Below, in pieces: positions 18,370-29,078 of a DNA stretch of 64,000 nt (the stretch's first letter is position 1; the number at the start of each line of letters is the position of its first letter). The notes under the pieces were generated by a model. That model was not told where the DNA came from. It did not search any database and saw only the letters and a list, made by a program, of their open reading frames with translations. Position numbers and translations under genes: made by a program. The stretch is from Candidatus Phosphitivorax anaerolimi (lineage in GTDB: Bacteria > Desulfobacterota > Desulfomonilia > UBA1062), in contig MPOS01000028.1 in the NCBI GenBank assembly GCA_001896555.1, positions 7,603-71,602 on the forward strand, in the 5' to 3' direction.

Positions 18370-19839
18370 ATGATGATGAAGGCGGTCGAGGGTCTGAAAC
18401 CCGAAGGACTGTGGCGGTATTTCAACGAGATATCGCTCATACCCAGAGAATCGAGGCACGAGGGACGCATCAGGGATTACATCGCAGGCGAGGCCGGACG
18501 GCTCGGCCTGCGTCACACCGTAGACCGGGCGGGCAACATCGTGGTCTACAAGCCGGGAGAGCGCCCGGGTCGGGCGGTCATCCTGCAGTCCCACCTCGAC
18601 ATGGTCTGCGAAAAGGACGAGGGCACGCCCCACGATTTTCAGAAAGACCCTATCCGGCTCGTCCGCAACGGCGACTGGATCGGTGCACAGGGAACCACGC
18701 TGGGCGCGGACAACGGCATCGGCGTGGCGGCCATGCTCGCCCTCATGGAAGACCCCTCCGCCGCCCACCCCGACCTCGAGCTGCTCTTCACCATCGACGA
18801 GGAGACCGGGCTCACGGGCGCCAACCTGCTCGACACGGGTCTCCTCTCGGGCAGGACACTGATCAACCTCGACTCGGAAGAAGACGGCGTCTTCATCATC
18901 GGCTGTGCAGGGGGAAGGAGCACGCACCTCAGCCTGGACGTTTCATTCCAGGATGTCAGCGAGGACCTCACCAAAGTCCTGGTGAAGGTCGCGGACCTCA
19001 CCGGCGGCCACTCGGGCACGGATATCCACCGGGGGCGCGGCAATGCGATCAAGCTCCTGGCCCGCTTTCTCAAAGACGTGCCTTCCACGATCCCCTTGCG
19101 CCTGGCATCGTTTTCGGGCGGGAGCAAACACAACGTCATTCCCCGGGAGGCTCAGGCAGGCATCCTTGTCCGCAGGGAAGACATCGAGTCCCTCCGGGAG
19201 CTGGCTGACCGTGCCACAGTTGTGTATCACGGCGAGCTGAGCGGCATCGACGACGGGGTGAAGGTCCTGATCCAGGAAGAGGGCCCGGCTCTTGGACTGC
19301 AGGCTGCGGAGCCCGGAGACACGGCCCGGCTCCTGGACCTTGTCCATGCCCTGCCCCACGGCGTGATGAGCATGAACCCGTCCATGGAAGGCCTCGTGAT
19401 CACGTCCTCGAACCTAGCGGTTTGCCGGTTCGCGGGTCAGCGGTTCGACATTCTCACCAGCCAGCGCAGCATCTATACCTCGTCACTCTGGGATGTCTCT
19501 GAGATGGTCGCCTCCATCGCCAGGCTGGCAGGCGCCCGGGCCGAAAAGCTCCACGATTATCCCGCATGGAGGCCCGATATGAATTCTCAGGTGCTGGACA
19601 TCTCCCGCCGGGTATACACCGGGCTCTTCGGGGAAGAACCCAGGGTCGAGGTCATCCATGCGGGCCTTGAGTGCGCCGTGTTTGCAGAGAAGATGCCCGG
19701 GATCGACATGATCTCGCTGGGGCCCACCATCGAGCAGGCACACTCCCCTTCGGAGCGGGTGCTGGCGCCCACAGTGAAGAAGATGTGGGTTTTGCTCACC
19801 GCGATTCTGAACAGGCTGACAGACCATCCGGCAGCCTGA
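18370..19839 (+). CDS. pepD: Aminoacyl-histidine (Xaa-His) dipeptidase, M20 family (PepD-like)
   Basis: 489 aa. M20 metal-binding region (LQSHLDMV ... GADNGIGVA ... TIDEETGLTGA) and PepD-type length. Confidence 0.8.
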   Translation: MMMKAVEGLKPEGLWRYFNEISLIPRESRHEGRIRDYIAGEAGRLGLRHTVDRAGNIVVYKPGERPGRAVILQSHLDMVCEKDEGTPHDFQKDPIRLVRNGDWIGAQGTTLGADNGIGVAAMLALMEDPSAAHPDLELLFTIDEETGLTGANLLDTGLLSGRTLINLDSEEDGVFIIGCAGGRSTHLSLDVSFQDVSEDLTKVLVKVADLTGGHSGTDIHRGRGNAIKLLARFLKDVPSTIPLRLASFSGGSKHNVIPREAQAGILVRREDIESLRELADRATVVYHGELSGIDDGVKVLIQEEGPALGLQAAEPGDTARLLDLVHALPHGVMSMNPSMEGLVITSSNLAVCRFAGQRFDILTSQRSIYTSSLWDVSEMVASIARLAGARAEKLHDYPAWRPDMNSQVLDISRRVYTGLFGEEPRVEVIHAGLECAVFAEKMPGIDMISLGPTIEQAHSPSERVLAPTVKKMWVLLTAILNRLTDHPAA

Positions 19840-20112
19840 GCCGGCGTCTTCCCGTTTGACCCTACTTCCGGGCAAACCCCTTCCCGGCGAGACCAGCCGT
19901 TTCCGGTTGGTGATCCTCTTTTTGCCCGTGCCATACATGCTTCGCTTCCCGCACCCTCCCTCACTTCCAGAAGGCTTCCGCTGCAATCTCGTGCCCCTTA
20001 TCGCCGCTGCTTTGCGGGAGGCGGGGAATTTTTCTTTGCGCCGGGCCCTACAACCGGTTGTGTTCTCACGGGCAAGGGTATATACATTATCATGAAAATT
20101 CAATGAAATGAG

Positions 20113-20820
20113 GTGATGGGTATGAAGGATGGCTATAAACTGATGGGGTTTCAATATGAGTTCACGGGCAGCCTCTACAGTCTGGGGCAGATTCCCAGAT
20201 GCAAGGTCGCCATGCTGGATCACCTGAAGCCGGGCGACAAGCTGCTGATCGCGGGCGTTGGCCACGGCACCGAGGCGATAGAAGCCGCCAGGCGGGGGGT
20301 CGATGTCACCGCGGTGGACATCTCGAAAACCATGCTCAAGTACATGCAGAAAAAAATCGACCGGGCACGGCTCGACAAGCCCATCCGGATGATCAACAAC
20401 GACATCCTGGAGGAGCACCATCCCCAGGAGTTCGATATGGTCATGGCCAACTATTTCCTCAACGTCTTTTCCCGGGAGAAGATGCTCAAGATCCTGACCC
20501 ACCTCACCACCTTTGTCAAGCCGGGCGGTGCCATGGTGATCGGCGATTTCACCCTGCCGCATGAGGGCGGGAAGTTCTACAAGGCATTCCAGACCATCTA
20601 CTGGTACTTCGCGGCCACGTTCTACTGGGCAACTGCGGACAATGCCATCCATCCTATCTATAATTATCCGGCCCTGCTCAAGTCCCTGGGTTTCGAGATC
20701 GAGGAGATAAAGAACTTCAAGATGCTGGGTATGAACTGCCACCGGTCGATTCTGGGGAGAAAGAAGGCCGAATCAGGGTCGGCCGGGCAGAAGCAGACCA
20801 GGGCCGGCACCACGGCATAG
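20113..20820 (+). CDS. Class I SAM-dependent methyltransferase
   Basis: 235 aa. Motif I LLIAGVGHGTEAIEAA, DISKTML, post-I acidic NNDIL. Confidence 0.75.
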   Translation: MMGMKDGYKLMGFQYEFTGSLYSLGQIPRCKVAMLDHLKPGDKLLIAGVGHGTEAIEAARRGVDVTAVDISKTMLKYMQKKIDRARLDKPIRMINNDILEEHHPQEFDMVMANYFLNVFSREKMLKILTHLTTFVKPGGAMVIGDFTLPHEGGKFYKAFQTIYWYFAATFYWATADNAIHPIYNYPALLKSLGFEIEEIKNFKMLGMNCHRSILGRKKAESGSAGQKQTRAGTTA

Positions 20821-20908
20821 CAGCTCTACGCACGGGCACAGTCCCGGATAACGATCGCCTCGCATCAAGATCTGCAGCGGGAGATGTAAACCCGCCCCCA
20901 AATGCGGA

Positions 20909-21409
20909 TCAAGCGTGATGGGCCAGATCCAGCTCCAGGTATTTCGCCGCAGGGTCGGGATTGAACCGGTAGGGCGCGATCTCCCTGAACCCCAGGCTCT
21001 CATAGAGCCGTATCGCCGCCTGCATATAGCTCATGGTATCGAGCCTCATTTTCTCGTAGCCCAGCGCCTGGGCCTCGCGGATGAGCGCTCTGCACAGGCT
21101 GCTTCCGATCCCCTGGTTCTTGAACCGGTCATACACGAACAGCCGCTTCATCTCGCAGATACGAGCCTCGAGCAGCCTGAGCCCCGCGCCGCCCGCAGGC
21201 ACGCCATCGCGCAGCGCCAGGAGGAACAGCCCGTCCGGAGGGCCGTACATCGCCGGGAAGTTTTGATACTCCCGGTCGATATCCTGGAAAGACAAGTCCA
21301 GGCCCAACCAGTGTACATAGTCCTTCGTGATCCGGATTGCGCTGGAGAAATCCGAATCCGTGGAGCAGCGCCTGATTTCGATCGTGCAGTTCTTCCGGTT
21401 ATTCGTCAT
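20909..21409 (-). CDS. GNAT family N-acetyltransferase
   Basis: 166 aa. Acetyl-CoA motif RLFVYDRFKNQGIGSSLCRALIREAQALGY. Confidence 0.8.
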   Translation of the reverse strand: MTNNRKNCTIEIRRCSTDSDFSSAIRITKDYVHWLGLDLSFQDIDREYQNFPAMYGPPDGLFLLALRDGVPAGGAGLRLLEARICEMKRLFVYDRFKNQGIGSSLCRALIREAQALGYEKMRLDTMSYMQAAIRLYESLGFREIAPYRFNPDPAAKYLELDLAHHA

Positions 21410-21773
21410 GGCTTCTGGTTTTTCGATGATACAATGGAGACGCTGTGAAATCTATGCCCGTTTATTTATACCAGGGCCGTGAGAGATCATATCAAAAGAA
21501 TTGTTCTTAAATGCAAGTACGTTTCAGAATCGCCGGGAACCTGGCGTTCCAGCGTTTGTACCCCCTGTTCGGGGTGTGTGAGCTCATGAACCAAAAGGGG
21601 CCCTGTCTGTGCCGATACATTTGAATTGCCCAATCCGCACGAAATTCCCTCTTCCGAGGGTCTCGGCAAAAAAGAGCCCTTGATGGAAGAACGCCCGGGC
21701 GGGGTGACGGAGAGATGCCGGTGCCTGGTGACCGGTTACGGGAATCAAGCCTGAACCCGGATCACACAGGGCT

Positions 21774-23441
21774 CTACAACCCCGCCCCTGCCCGGCTGAA
21801 CACCGCACCGATGATCTCGAGGGCCTCGCTCTGGATCTGTCTTAGGTGCTGCTCTCCCTTGAAGCTCTCGGTGTAGATCTTGTAGATGTCTTCGGTGCCC
21901 GATGGGCGGGCCGCGAACCAGCCGTTTTCGGTCATGATCTTGATGCCGCCCAAGGGGGCCTGGTTACCCGGGGCCTCGGTGATCATGGCCGTTATCTTCT
22001 CCCCTGCGAGCTCACGGGCACTGATCATTCCGGGCGAGAGCCTTTTGAGCAGGGCCTTCTGCTCAGGGCCGGCCGTCACGTCGATCCGCTCGTAGACGGG
22101 CGAGCCGAAGCGGTCTTCCAGGTCGCGGTAGTGCTCAGAGGGGTCTTTCCCGGTCACGGCCAGGATTTCGGCCGCGAGCAGGTCCATGATGAAGCCGTCC
22201 TTGTCCGTGGTCCAGACCGTGCCGTCCTTCTTTACGAACGATGCGCCCGCGCTCTCTTCGCCGCCGAAGGCGCATCGCGAGGTCAGGAGACAGTCAACGA
22301 ACCACTTAAACCCCACCGGCACCTCCATGACCCTTCTCCCCAGGCTGTGCGCCACCCGGTCGATCATTGAGCTGCTCACCAGGGTCTTGCCGACGGCTGC
22401 ATCCGGGGGCCAGCTTTTCCGGGACGAGAAGAGATAGTTGATGGCCGTGCTCAGCACGTGGTTGGGGTTCATGAGGCCTTCTCCGCGCGTGACGATGCCG
22501 TGGCGGTCGAAGTCCGGGTCGTTGCCGAAGGCCAGGTCGTAGGAGCCCTTGAGGTCGATGAGGCGCGCCATGGCATAGGGCGACGAGCAATCCATCCGGA
22601 TCTTTCCGTCGTGGTCAAGGGTCATGAAGCTGAATGTGGGATCGGCCTTCGCATGCATGACCTCGATGTTCAGGCCGTACTTCTCCGCGATCCTGTCCCA
22701 GTAGGCCACCCCTGAGCTGCCCAGTGCGTCGGCGCCCAGGGAGAGGCCTGCGGAGCGAATGGCATCCATATCCAGGATGTTCTCCAGATCGTCCACATAG
22801 GGCTGCACATAGTCGTGCCTCCAGGTGGTGGCGGCGCGCAGGGCCTGCTCGTAGGGCATGCGTTTCACCCCGGCATTGCCGCCTGCGAGAAGCTCGTTGG
22901 CCTTGTTTGCGATCCAGTCGGTCACGTGTGTATCCGCGGGCCCGCCCTCGGGCGGATTGTACTTGAACCCGCCGTCTTCCGGAGGGTTGTGCGAGGGCGT
23001 CACCACGATCCCGTCAGCAAAACCGGCTTTACGATTACGATTATAGCTCAGAATGGCGTGTGATATCACAGGCGTAGGAGTGTAGCCGTCGCCTTCCTGG
23101 AGCAGCACGTTCACCCCGTTTGCCGCCAGGATCTCAAGCGCGGTCTTTTCCGCGGGACCGGAGAGGGCATGGGTGTCCTTGCCCATGAACAGCGGGCCGC
23201 TGATATTCTGCTGCGCGCGGTACAGGCAGATGGCCTGGGTTATGGCCAGGATGTGGGCCTCGTTGAACCCGCCTTTCAGCGACGTGCCCCGGTGGCCCGA
23301 GGTCCCGAACGAGACCCGCTGCGAGGGCTGTGATACGATATCAATCGGATACGAGTAGTATGCGTCGATGAGGGCGGTCACATCGACGAGCATGTCGAGT
23401 GTGGGCTCCTTGCCTGCTAGCGGGTGCGGGTGTACGCTCAT
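21774..23441 (-). CDS. pgm: Phosphoglucomutase (alpha-D-glucose-phosphate specific)
   Basis: Start moved to MSVHPHPLAGK (AGGAGG RBS). Active-site serine loop GIVVTPSHNPPEDGGFKYN, Mg site, sugar-binding loop. About 555 aa, as for E. coli Pgm. Confidence 0.9.
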   Translation of the reverse strand: MSVHPHPLAGKEPTLDMLVDVTALIDAYYSYPIDIVSQPSQRVSFGTSGHRGTSLKGGFNEAHILAITQAICLYRAQQNISGPLFMGKDTHALSGPAEKTALEILAANGVNVLLQEGDGYTPTPVISHAILSYNRNRKAGFADGIVVTPSHNPPEDGGFKYNPPEGGPADTHVTDWIANKANELLAGGNAGVKRMPYEQALRAATTWRHDYVQPYVDDLENILDMDAIRSAGLSLGADALGSSGVAYWDRIAEKYGLNIEVMHAKADPTFSFMTLDHDGKIRMDCSSPYAMARLIDLKGSYDLAFGNDPDFDRHGIVTRGEGLMNPNHVLSTAINYLFSSRKSWPPDAAVGKTLVSSSMIDRVAHSLGRRVMEVPVGFKWFVDCLLTSRCAFGGEESAGASFVKKDGTVWTTDKDGFIMDLLAAEILAVTGKDPSEHYRDLEDRFGSPVYERIDVTAGPEQKALLKRLSPGMISARELAGEKITAMITEAPGNQAPLGGIKIMTENGWFAARPSGTEDIYKIYTESFKGEQHLRQIQSEALEIIGAVFSRAGAGL

Positions 23442-23829
23442 GATCTGTTCCTCCTTCCATGCTCCTGTAGTAGCAATAATACGCACTCAGATCAGACATT
23501 CACACAGCTGCCGAGCGGTAAGGACCCGGCTGCGGGCATAAAAAGAATCCGGCTGTCCGCAGGCGGCGGTCGATCTCCCTCTCCGGACAGGCCGCTGGTC
23601 CTCTCATGCTGCTCTCCATTGTAACCGAAACACGGGCTGTGAACAATATCTCCCTGAAATCGAAAGAGGAAAGGCAGAATCCGATGCCCTTATTTTGCAA
23701 AGGGGAAGCCTGCCACACGTAAGCGGGAAACATCCCGGGGCGGTTGTCTGCGCCCGGGCAGGCACGCTCCTGCCCCGGGCGGATCATGTCAGGATCTCCC
23801 CCCAAATAGAGGGCCGGGGCGGTCCCGGG

Positions 23830-23988
23830 TCAGTAGGTCGCGCCCCCTTCGTCATAGATCTTTCTCAAGAGCTCCCGGTCAACGGTATCGCCGTCTACGA
23901 AGTGATTGGGCTCGGCGCCGCAGTAGGGGCAGTTCAGTTCCGGGTCAGTGATGACCTCTCCGCAGATTCCACATACGATCTCTTTCAT
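23830..23988 (-). CDS. Small zinc-ribbon protein (52 aa): MKEIVCGICGEVITDPELNCPYCGAEPNHFVDGDTVDRELLRKIYDEGGATY
   Basis: Below the 60-aa cutoff of the ORF track. My own translation of the minus strand shows CxxC-x13-CxxC. Confidence 0.4.
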   Translation of the reverse strand: MKEIVCGICGEVITDPELNCPYCGAEPNHFVDGDTVDRELLRKIYDEGGATY

Positions 23989-24031
23989 TCTGGTGTCCTC
24001 CTGATAATTTTTTTCGTGTCTTGCTCATCTC

Positions 24032-25477
24032 TTATGGGTTCTTGATGCGCCATATATCCTGGAGCGCGTCCCTAGCCGCGTTGTACCCGCACATGCCGTG
24101 AACCCCTGCGCCGGGCGGCGAGGAGGCCGAGCATATCCTGAACCGGTTCCAGCCGAATGCATAGGGCTTCCACGAGATATCCGGCCTGAAGAAAAGCTGC
24201 CTCAGGCTGTTGGCCCCTGCCGCGATGTCGCCTCCAACCAGGCTCTGATTGTGCCGCTGGAGGCTCCTGGCCGTGAGCACCCTCCGGGAAAGGATCAGTT
24301 TCGTAAATCCCGGGGCGAACCGCTCCACCTGCTGCTCTATCTGCGGCGCCATGTTCTGGTACGAGCCATTCGGCACATGGCAGTACGCCCAGGCGGTGTG
24401 CCTGCCCTGAGGGGCCCTGGAGGGGTCGAACAGGCTGGGCTGGCTGCAGATCACGAAGGGCCTCTCCGGATGAACGCCCTGCCAGACCTGGCGCTCGGCA
24501 AGGGCGATCTCGCGCGCCGTTCCTCCAAGGTGCAGGGTGCCCGCCTCCCGGCAGCCGGGCGCGGTCCAGGGGATGGGGCCGTCAAGGGCCCAGTCGATCT
24601 TGCAAACGCCCGGACCGTGCCGGTACCGCCTGAGCTGGAGCCGGTGCCTCAAGGGAAGCCGGCCCCTGGTTATCTCGAGGATCTGCCCGGGGGCGAGGTC
24701 GAAAAGCAGCACCCGGGAGTATGGCAGACTCCGGAAGTCGTGCACCTCGTACATGAGCCTGATCTCGGCATGCAGCGACTGCAGATATGTAACGAGTGCA
24801 TCCGTGATCCTGCCTGCACCGCCCCGGGGCATGGGCCACCCGGTGGCATGGGTCGAGGCCCCCATGAGCATGGCGACACCGGCGGTTCCCGGTGCATTCA
24901 GGGGACGGATGGAGTGGGCGCCGAGCCCGGCGAACAGCGCCTGAGCCTTCTCGGTCCTGAAAAGGTTGCGGCAGGTCTGTTCCACGCTCCGGACCCCCTT
25001 GAGAACGAAAGAGAGAAAGAGTCCCGGGTGCCTCGGCATATGGATGAGGGGCTTGAGGATATCCCGCGTCAGCGTGCTCCATCGGCGCGCAAAGGGCTCG
25101 ATGTAATCGTGATAGGCCCGGGTGTCTTCGCCCAGGTCCGCAGCCGGGGTTTCAAGGAAGCGGGAGAGGGTCAGACAGGTGCCGTCGTCAAAGGGGTGGG
25201 CCAGGGCCGCAGGGGGTGTGATCCACTCCACGGGAAAGGCGTGGGAAGGAAGGCCGCTGAAAAACGGTGTGCCGGCGGCCAGGGGAAAGACCGCGGCATA
25301 GGTGTCGTGGAGAAAACCGGGCAGTGTCCCCTCGTCCGAGCGGACGCACCCGCCCGGGGCGTCGGCGGCCTCAACAACGAGCACCGACCTCCCTGCCCGA
25401 GCCATGGTGAGGGCTGCCGCAAGGCCGTTGGGGCCTGCTCCCACGATGATGGCGTCATAGCTTGCCGGCCGCAGCAT
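24032..25477 (-). CDS. FAD/NAD(P)-dependent oxidoreductase, phytoene-desaturase-like (CrtI/amine-oxidase fold)
   Basis: 481 aa. N-terminal dinucleotide-binding YDAIIVGAGPNGLAAALTMARAGRSVLVVEA ... GG. Length and C-terminus resemble the CrtI family. Confidence 0.7.
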   Translation of the reverse strand: MLRPASYDAIIVGAGPNGLAAALTMARAGRSVLVVEAADAPGGCVRSDEGTLPGFLHDTYAAVFPLAAGTPFFSGLPSHAFPVEWITPPAALAHPFDDGTCLTLSRFLETPAADLGEDTRAYHDYIEPFARRWSTLTRDILKPLIHMPRHPGLFLSFVLKGVRSVEQTCRNLFRTEKAQALFAGLGAHSIRPLNAPGTAGVAMLMGASTHATGWPMPRGGAGRITDALVTYLQSLHAEIRLMYEVHDFRSLPYSRVLLFDLAPGQILEITRGRLPLRHRLQLRRYRHGPGVCKIDWALDGPIPWTAPGCREAGTLHLGGTAREIALAERQVWQGVHPERPFVICSQPSLFDPSRAPQGRHTAWAYCHVPNGSYQNMAPQIEQQVERFAPGFTKLILSRRVLTARSLQRHNQSLVGGDIAAGANSLRQLFFRPDISWKPYAFGWNRFRICSASSPPGAGVHGMCGYNAARDALQDIWRIKNP

Positions 25478-25768
25478 GGCGATGTAGCTCCCCTTTCTTT
25501 CTCAATAGCCCATAAGGCTCACATGGAAATACCCGATAGACCGGATCTGTGCGTTATGCCGGAGATTGCCCGTGCAACCCCGCTGACGGTCATCTCCTGC
25601 ACAGCCCTGTGCAAACCGGTAACCATACACCCTCCTCCTCGTGTGTTCCTGCCCCTTGCGAGAGAAAAAAGACGAGTGAGTCTTCGTGAATATAATAGAC
25701 TCCAGAGAGTGAGAGTCAATGAATACACCCCAGGCCGTGGATGGACCAGCGGAATGAGGAAGGAGCGG

Positions 25769-26503
25769 TCAGGGGCGCCGGAGAATATCCGCAAGAGAGC
25801 TCTGCCGCATGAGCTCGCCATACCACAGCGAGTATGCCTCGCTTCCCGGATGGAGGCGGTCAGAGGCGAAAAACCGGCCCGGGTCCTTGCGCACAGGGTC
25901 GTCGCCGCTCTCCCGGAACAGATCTACATACTCTACCCTTGTCTGGCGGGCCAGGAGGACAAACAGCTCCCGGGCCGCCCTGGCCCTCTCGGTGTACATC
26001 CAGCTTATGGGCGGAAAGAACGCGGGCGCGAGTCCAATATTACCGGGCCCCATCACGATCACCCTCCCCGAGATCGCCAGGGCCTGGTGTAACAGCCGAG
26101 ACAGGGGCTCCTTGATCTCGTCGGGGCTTTTCAACCGCAGGATGTCGATGCTCCCTGCATGGATGAGGATGACATCAAAGGCTTCCTCTTCCGCGGTGAG
26201 CAGCTGCTCCAGCACCTCGGTGACACCTGCTCCGTTGCGGCTTCTGTTGATGATCTCCACGGCAGGGAAGTCCCGGGCGATCAGGCCGGCAATGGAAAGG
26301 CCGGGATCACCGGCACCGGTGCCCACGCCGATGTTGTCTCCTACCACGAGGATGCGCCTGCCGGCATCATTGGAGCGTACCTCGAAGGCCTGCGACTCTC
26401 CTGCGAGCCTCACGGCCTGATAGACCCTGATCCCGAGAAACACGGCATTGAAGACAAAGATCCCCCCGATGAGGAGAGCGAGGATGAGGGGCATGCGCTT
26501 CAC
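25769..26503 (-). CDS. SGNH/GDSL-type hydrolase with N-terminal membrane anchor
   Basis: 244 aa. RILVVGDNIGVGTGAGD (block I with Ser/Gly), a Gly block, and C-terminal DRLHPGSEAY. Confidence 0.65.
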   Translation of the reverse strand: MKRMPLILALLIGGIFVFNAVFLGIRVYQAVRLAGESQAFEVRSNDAGRRILVVGDNIGVGTGAGDPGLSIAGLIARDFPAVEIINRSRNGAGVTEVLEQLLTAEEEAFDVILIHAGSIDILRLKSPDEIKEPLSRLLHQALAISGRVIVMGPGNIGLAPAFFPPISWMYTERARAARELFVLLARQTRVEYVDLFRESGDDPVRKDPGRFFASDRLHPGSEAYSLWYGELMRQSSLADILRRP

Positions 26504-26634
26504 CTGATCAACACCTCCGCGATCGTTTTTCCCTGCAATGCATACCGCAAAACCACCGGGATCACAACAGACTTGCCCCTTCCGCCCTTGGGGAGGGGAA
26601 CAGCCGGAAGAGGTTGCTCAAGGATCTGGGGGCC

Positions 26635-28047
26635 TCACGGAGAGGCGACCTGCCTTTCCTGGGCGCCGTCTTCCACGGCTCTTACCGTCAGCAGGCGCTG
26701 GAGGTAGGCGCCCGATGTCGTACCCTGGCCGATATACAGGTTCGACACCACCACCCGGTTCACCAGCCGGAAGCGCTCTTCTTTGCCCACGGGCTCCGAG
26801 TATCCCCGCATGTCGTGGATCGCATAGGGCACCCCGCCCACGCTGCCGAGAAAGAGCATGATGTGTCCGTTCATATGCAGGATGCTCGTTCCCCCGAGGG
26901 TTGGATCTGAAAGGAAGCCCAGCCGCTCTTCGGGGCCGGTCTGCCGAGTGAAGCCGGCGATGAGCCTCCCCACCTTTGCCTGCTGCAGGGAGTTTCTGGG
27001 AAACTGGATGCCCACGGTGGAGAAGACCACTTGGATAAACCTCGAGCAGTCCTGCTCGCCGTGCATGTCACCCCATCCGTAGGGCGAGTGGAGCAGCTTG
27101 AAGGCCTGGAGGATGATCGTCCGGGGCGTATAGGGAAGATATCCCCTGCTCACCTGGGAGGCCGTGATGAACCCGCCCCTGAACACGCACACGCCGCCTT
27201 CGTCCCGGAAGGGCAGCAGCACCTCGATCACCCCCGGAACACCGGAGTCCCGCGACGGGAAACGGCATCCCATCCGGACAAAGGAGTGGTGGCCCCTTAA
27301 GTCCTGATCCAGAAACAGGTCGACCTTGGCCTCGGTGGTGACCACAAAGGGCTCGGCGCTCAGGTAGTGCACTATCTGCTCACGCGTGCAGTAGGCTATG
27401 TCTGCGGCCTTTATCCATCCCTCGCTCAAGGGGGTGATGGTGTAGAGCCAGCTCCCGTCCACGGTGGCATGCAGGACCGCCAGGGGGGTCCCGATGTCGT
27501 AGGCGCTGTTCTGGAGCCGGTCGATGTCGGTGCTCTTCATGCTCGAATAGAGCTCCTGGTCTGTGGGAAGGATTCGCTGGTGGGTGTAGCCGGTCACCAT
27601 TCCGAGCCGGACGGGTATCTCCTCAGGCACTGCGCTGAGGTTCATCAGCGTTTTCATCTCACGGAAGAACGCGTCGTCGGTCCGTGAGCCGTCCTCGCGG
27701 AAGTATTTCCGCGCAGAGACGAACCGCAGGCTCCCCCGGACGGCATTCACGACCCGCGAGCCCTTCACGGTATCGGGAAACGCGGTCATGTCCTGAATCA
27801 TCCCGGTCCGGCTGCGAATGGCCTCGTTGAAGCCCGCTATATTCTCAGCCGGGATGATGACTCTGTCAGGATCAGGGTGAATGCCGATCCAGAAACCCGG
27901 GGTGTTCATCACCCACGAGGTTCCGGGAAGGAGCACCGGGGCGGAATAGTGAAAGACCCTTTCTCCGTCTGGTTTCGGCCCTGCACACGCACTCAAGAGA
28001 AACATGATGAGAACAAACCCGATGCTCCCCGCTAAAAATCTCTTCAT
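26635..28047 (-). CDS. NlpC/P60 family peptidase lipoprotein with SH3-like N-terminal region
   Basis: Signal plus lipobox (MKRFLAGSIGFVLIMFLLSACAG). The C-terminal catalytic Cys-His region DCSRFIQVVF ... HMNGHIMLFLG is typical of NlpC/P60. Confidence 0.7.
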   Translation of the reverse strand: MKRFLAGSIGFVLIMFLLSACAGPKPDGERVFHYSAPVLLPGTSWVMNTPGFWIGIHPDPDRVIIPAENIAGFNEAIRSRTGMIQDMTAFPDTVKGSRVVNAVRGSLRFVSARKYFREDGSRTDDAFFREMKTLMNLSAVPEEIPVRLGMVTGYTHQRILPTDQELYSSMKSTDIDRLQNSAYDIGTPLAVLHATVDGSWLYTITPLSEGWIKAADIAYCTREQIVHYLSAEPFVVTTEAKVDLFLDQDLRGHHSFVRMGCRFPSRDSGVPGVIEVLLPFRDEGGVCVFRGGFITASQVSRGYLPYTPRTIILQAFKLLHSPYGWGDMHGEQDCSRFIQVVFSTVGIQFPRNSLQQAKVGRLIAGFTRQTGPEERLGFLSDPTLGGTSILHMNGHIMLFLGSVGGVPYAIHDMRGYSEPVGKEERFRLVNRVVVSNLYIGQGTTSGAYLQRLLTVRAVEDGAQERQVASP

Positions 28048-28518
28048 GACAGACCATCTCCCCCGCAGCACCCTGCCTTCTGATTGGATCGCCCCGCGAA
28101 CCTTTGCTGAGAAAATGAACCGAAATCACACCTGAAACCCCTGTGGTTATCAAGCTGTTCGCCATCAGGACCTTCTCGGGGCTAAAAGCTCCAGTCGTCC
28201 CGCCGCCTTCCAGCGGCCCTTACGACAAGAAAGATTCTTCCCACGTCCGTGTGATTCCCTCCGGCATAGCTCACCCCGGCTTCATGCACGGTTGCGTGCA
28301 GGGAATTCTATCACAGGTACACGGCCAGTCAAGTGCCCCGGCGGAATCCGGGTTCTGATTCCTTAAAACGCACACCCGAAACGGGAAACGCCTCATCCCC
28401 GGTACGAACTCCTATGCAGACCCTGTACCCTTTCCAGGCAGCATGCTTAAGAAGGGATCAGACCCTCCCCTTAGTCTCCTTATAAGGAGCAGCGCATTAG
28501 GAGATAAAAGACTTCTGC

Positions 28519-28713
28519 TCAGTAACGGATGATGATTGCGTCATTCGGACACTTCTCGGCCGCTTCGATGCACTTCGCCTGGAGGTGGGGCGGCACCTCG
28601 GGCAACATGGCATACGCCTTCTTGCTCCCGGGATGGAACCGGAAGACCTCCGGACAGATCTTCACACACAACCCGACGGTCCCGCATTTTGTTTCATCCA
28701 CCTCTGCCTTCAT
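28519..28713 (-). CDS. Small 4Fe-4S ferredoxin
   Basis: Start at MKAEVDETKCGTVGLCVKICPEVF (AGGAGG RBS). Single C..C..C...CP cluster motif plus a distal Cys (KCPNDAI). Confidence 0.75.
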   Translation of the reverse strand: MKAEVDETKCGTVGLCVKICPEVFRFHPGSKKAYAMLPEVPPHLQAKCIEAAEKCPNDAIIIRY

Positions 28714-29078
28714 ACGATCCTCCTCTCTTCTGAGGCCTGCCGGCCGATTTTTCCAAGCGAGCATGCGGGTCAGCCGGGAAGGTGCAGCACCTGGAGACCG
28801 GGGCACTCAAAGCGCCTGCTGCTGCACGATTCTTCCCGATAGCCCCTGTCTGTTTCATAGGTTTATTATAGGCTCCCGTTTCTGTCCGGGAAGCCCCGGC
28901 AGGGATGCCTTCTCATGGACGGCTTGTAAAGGACTCTTCCGGCTGGTCAGGCACCCTTCGAGGGGTGCGATGAATCGCCTCAATTTTTCTAAGACGATCT
29001 CTTTGCCATGATCGAATACAGAACAGGCAGGAGACAGCGGAAAAGAACTGCAGGAATCAGCGGCTGTCTGCAGGGCAT

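Noticed and set aside
25519-25821. 100-aa ORF between the CrtI-like oxidoreductase and the SGNH hydrolase
   Set aside because: It overlaps the 3' end of the SGNH gene on the same strand in another frame. Its translation is Arg/Leu/Ser-rich with no motif, and it has no RBS-like context.
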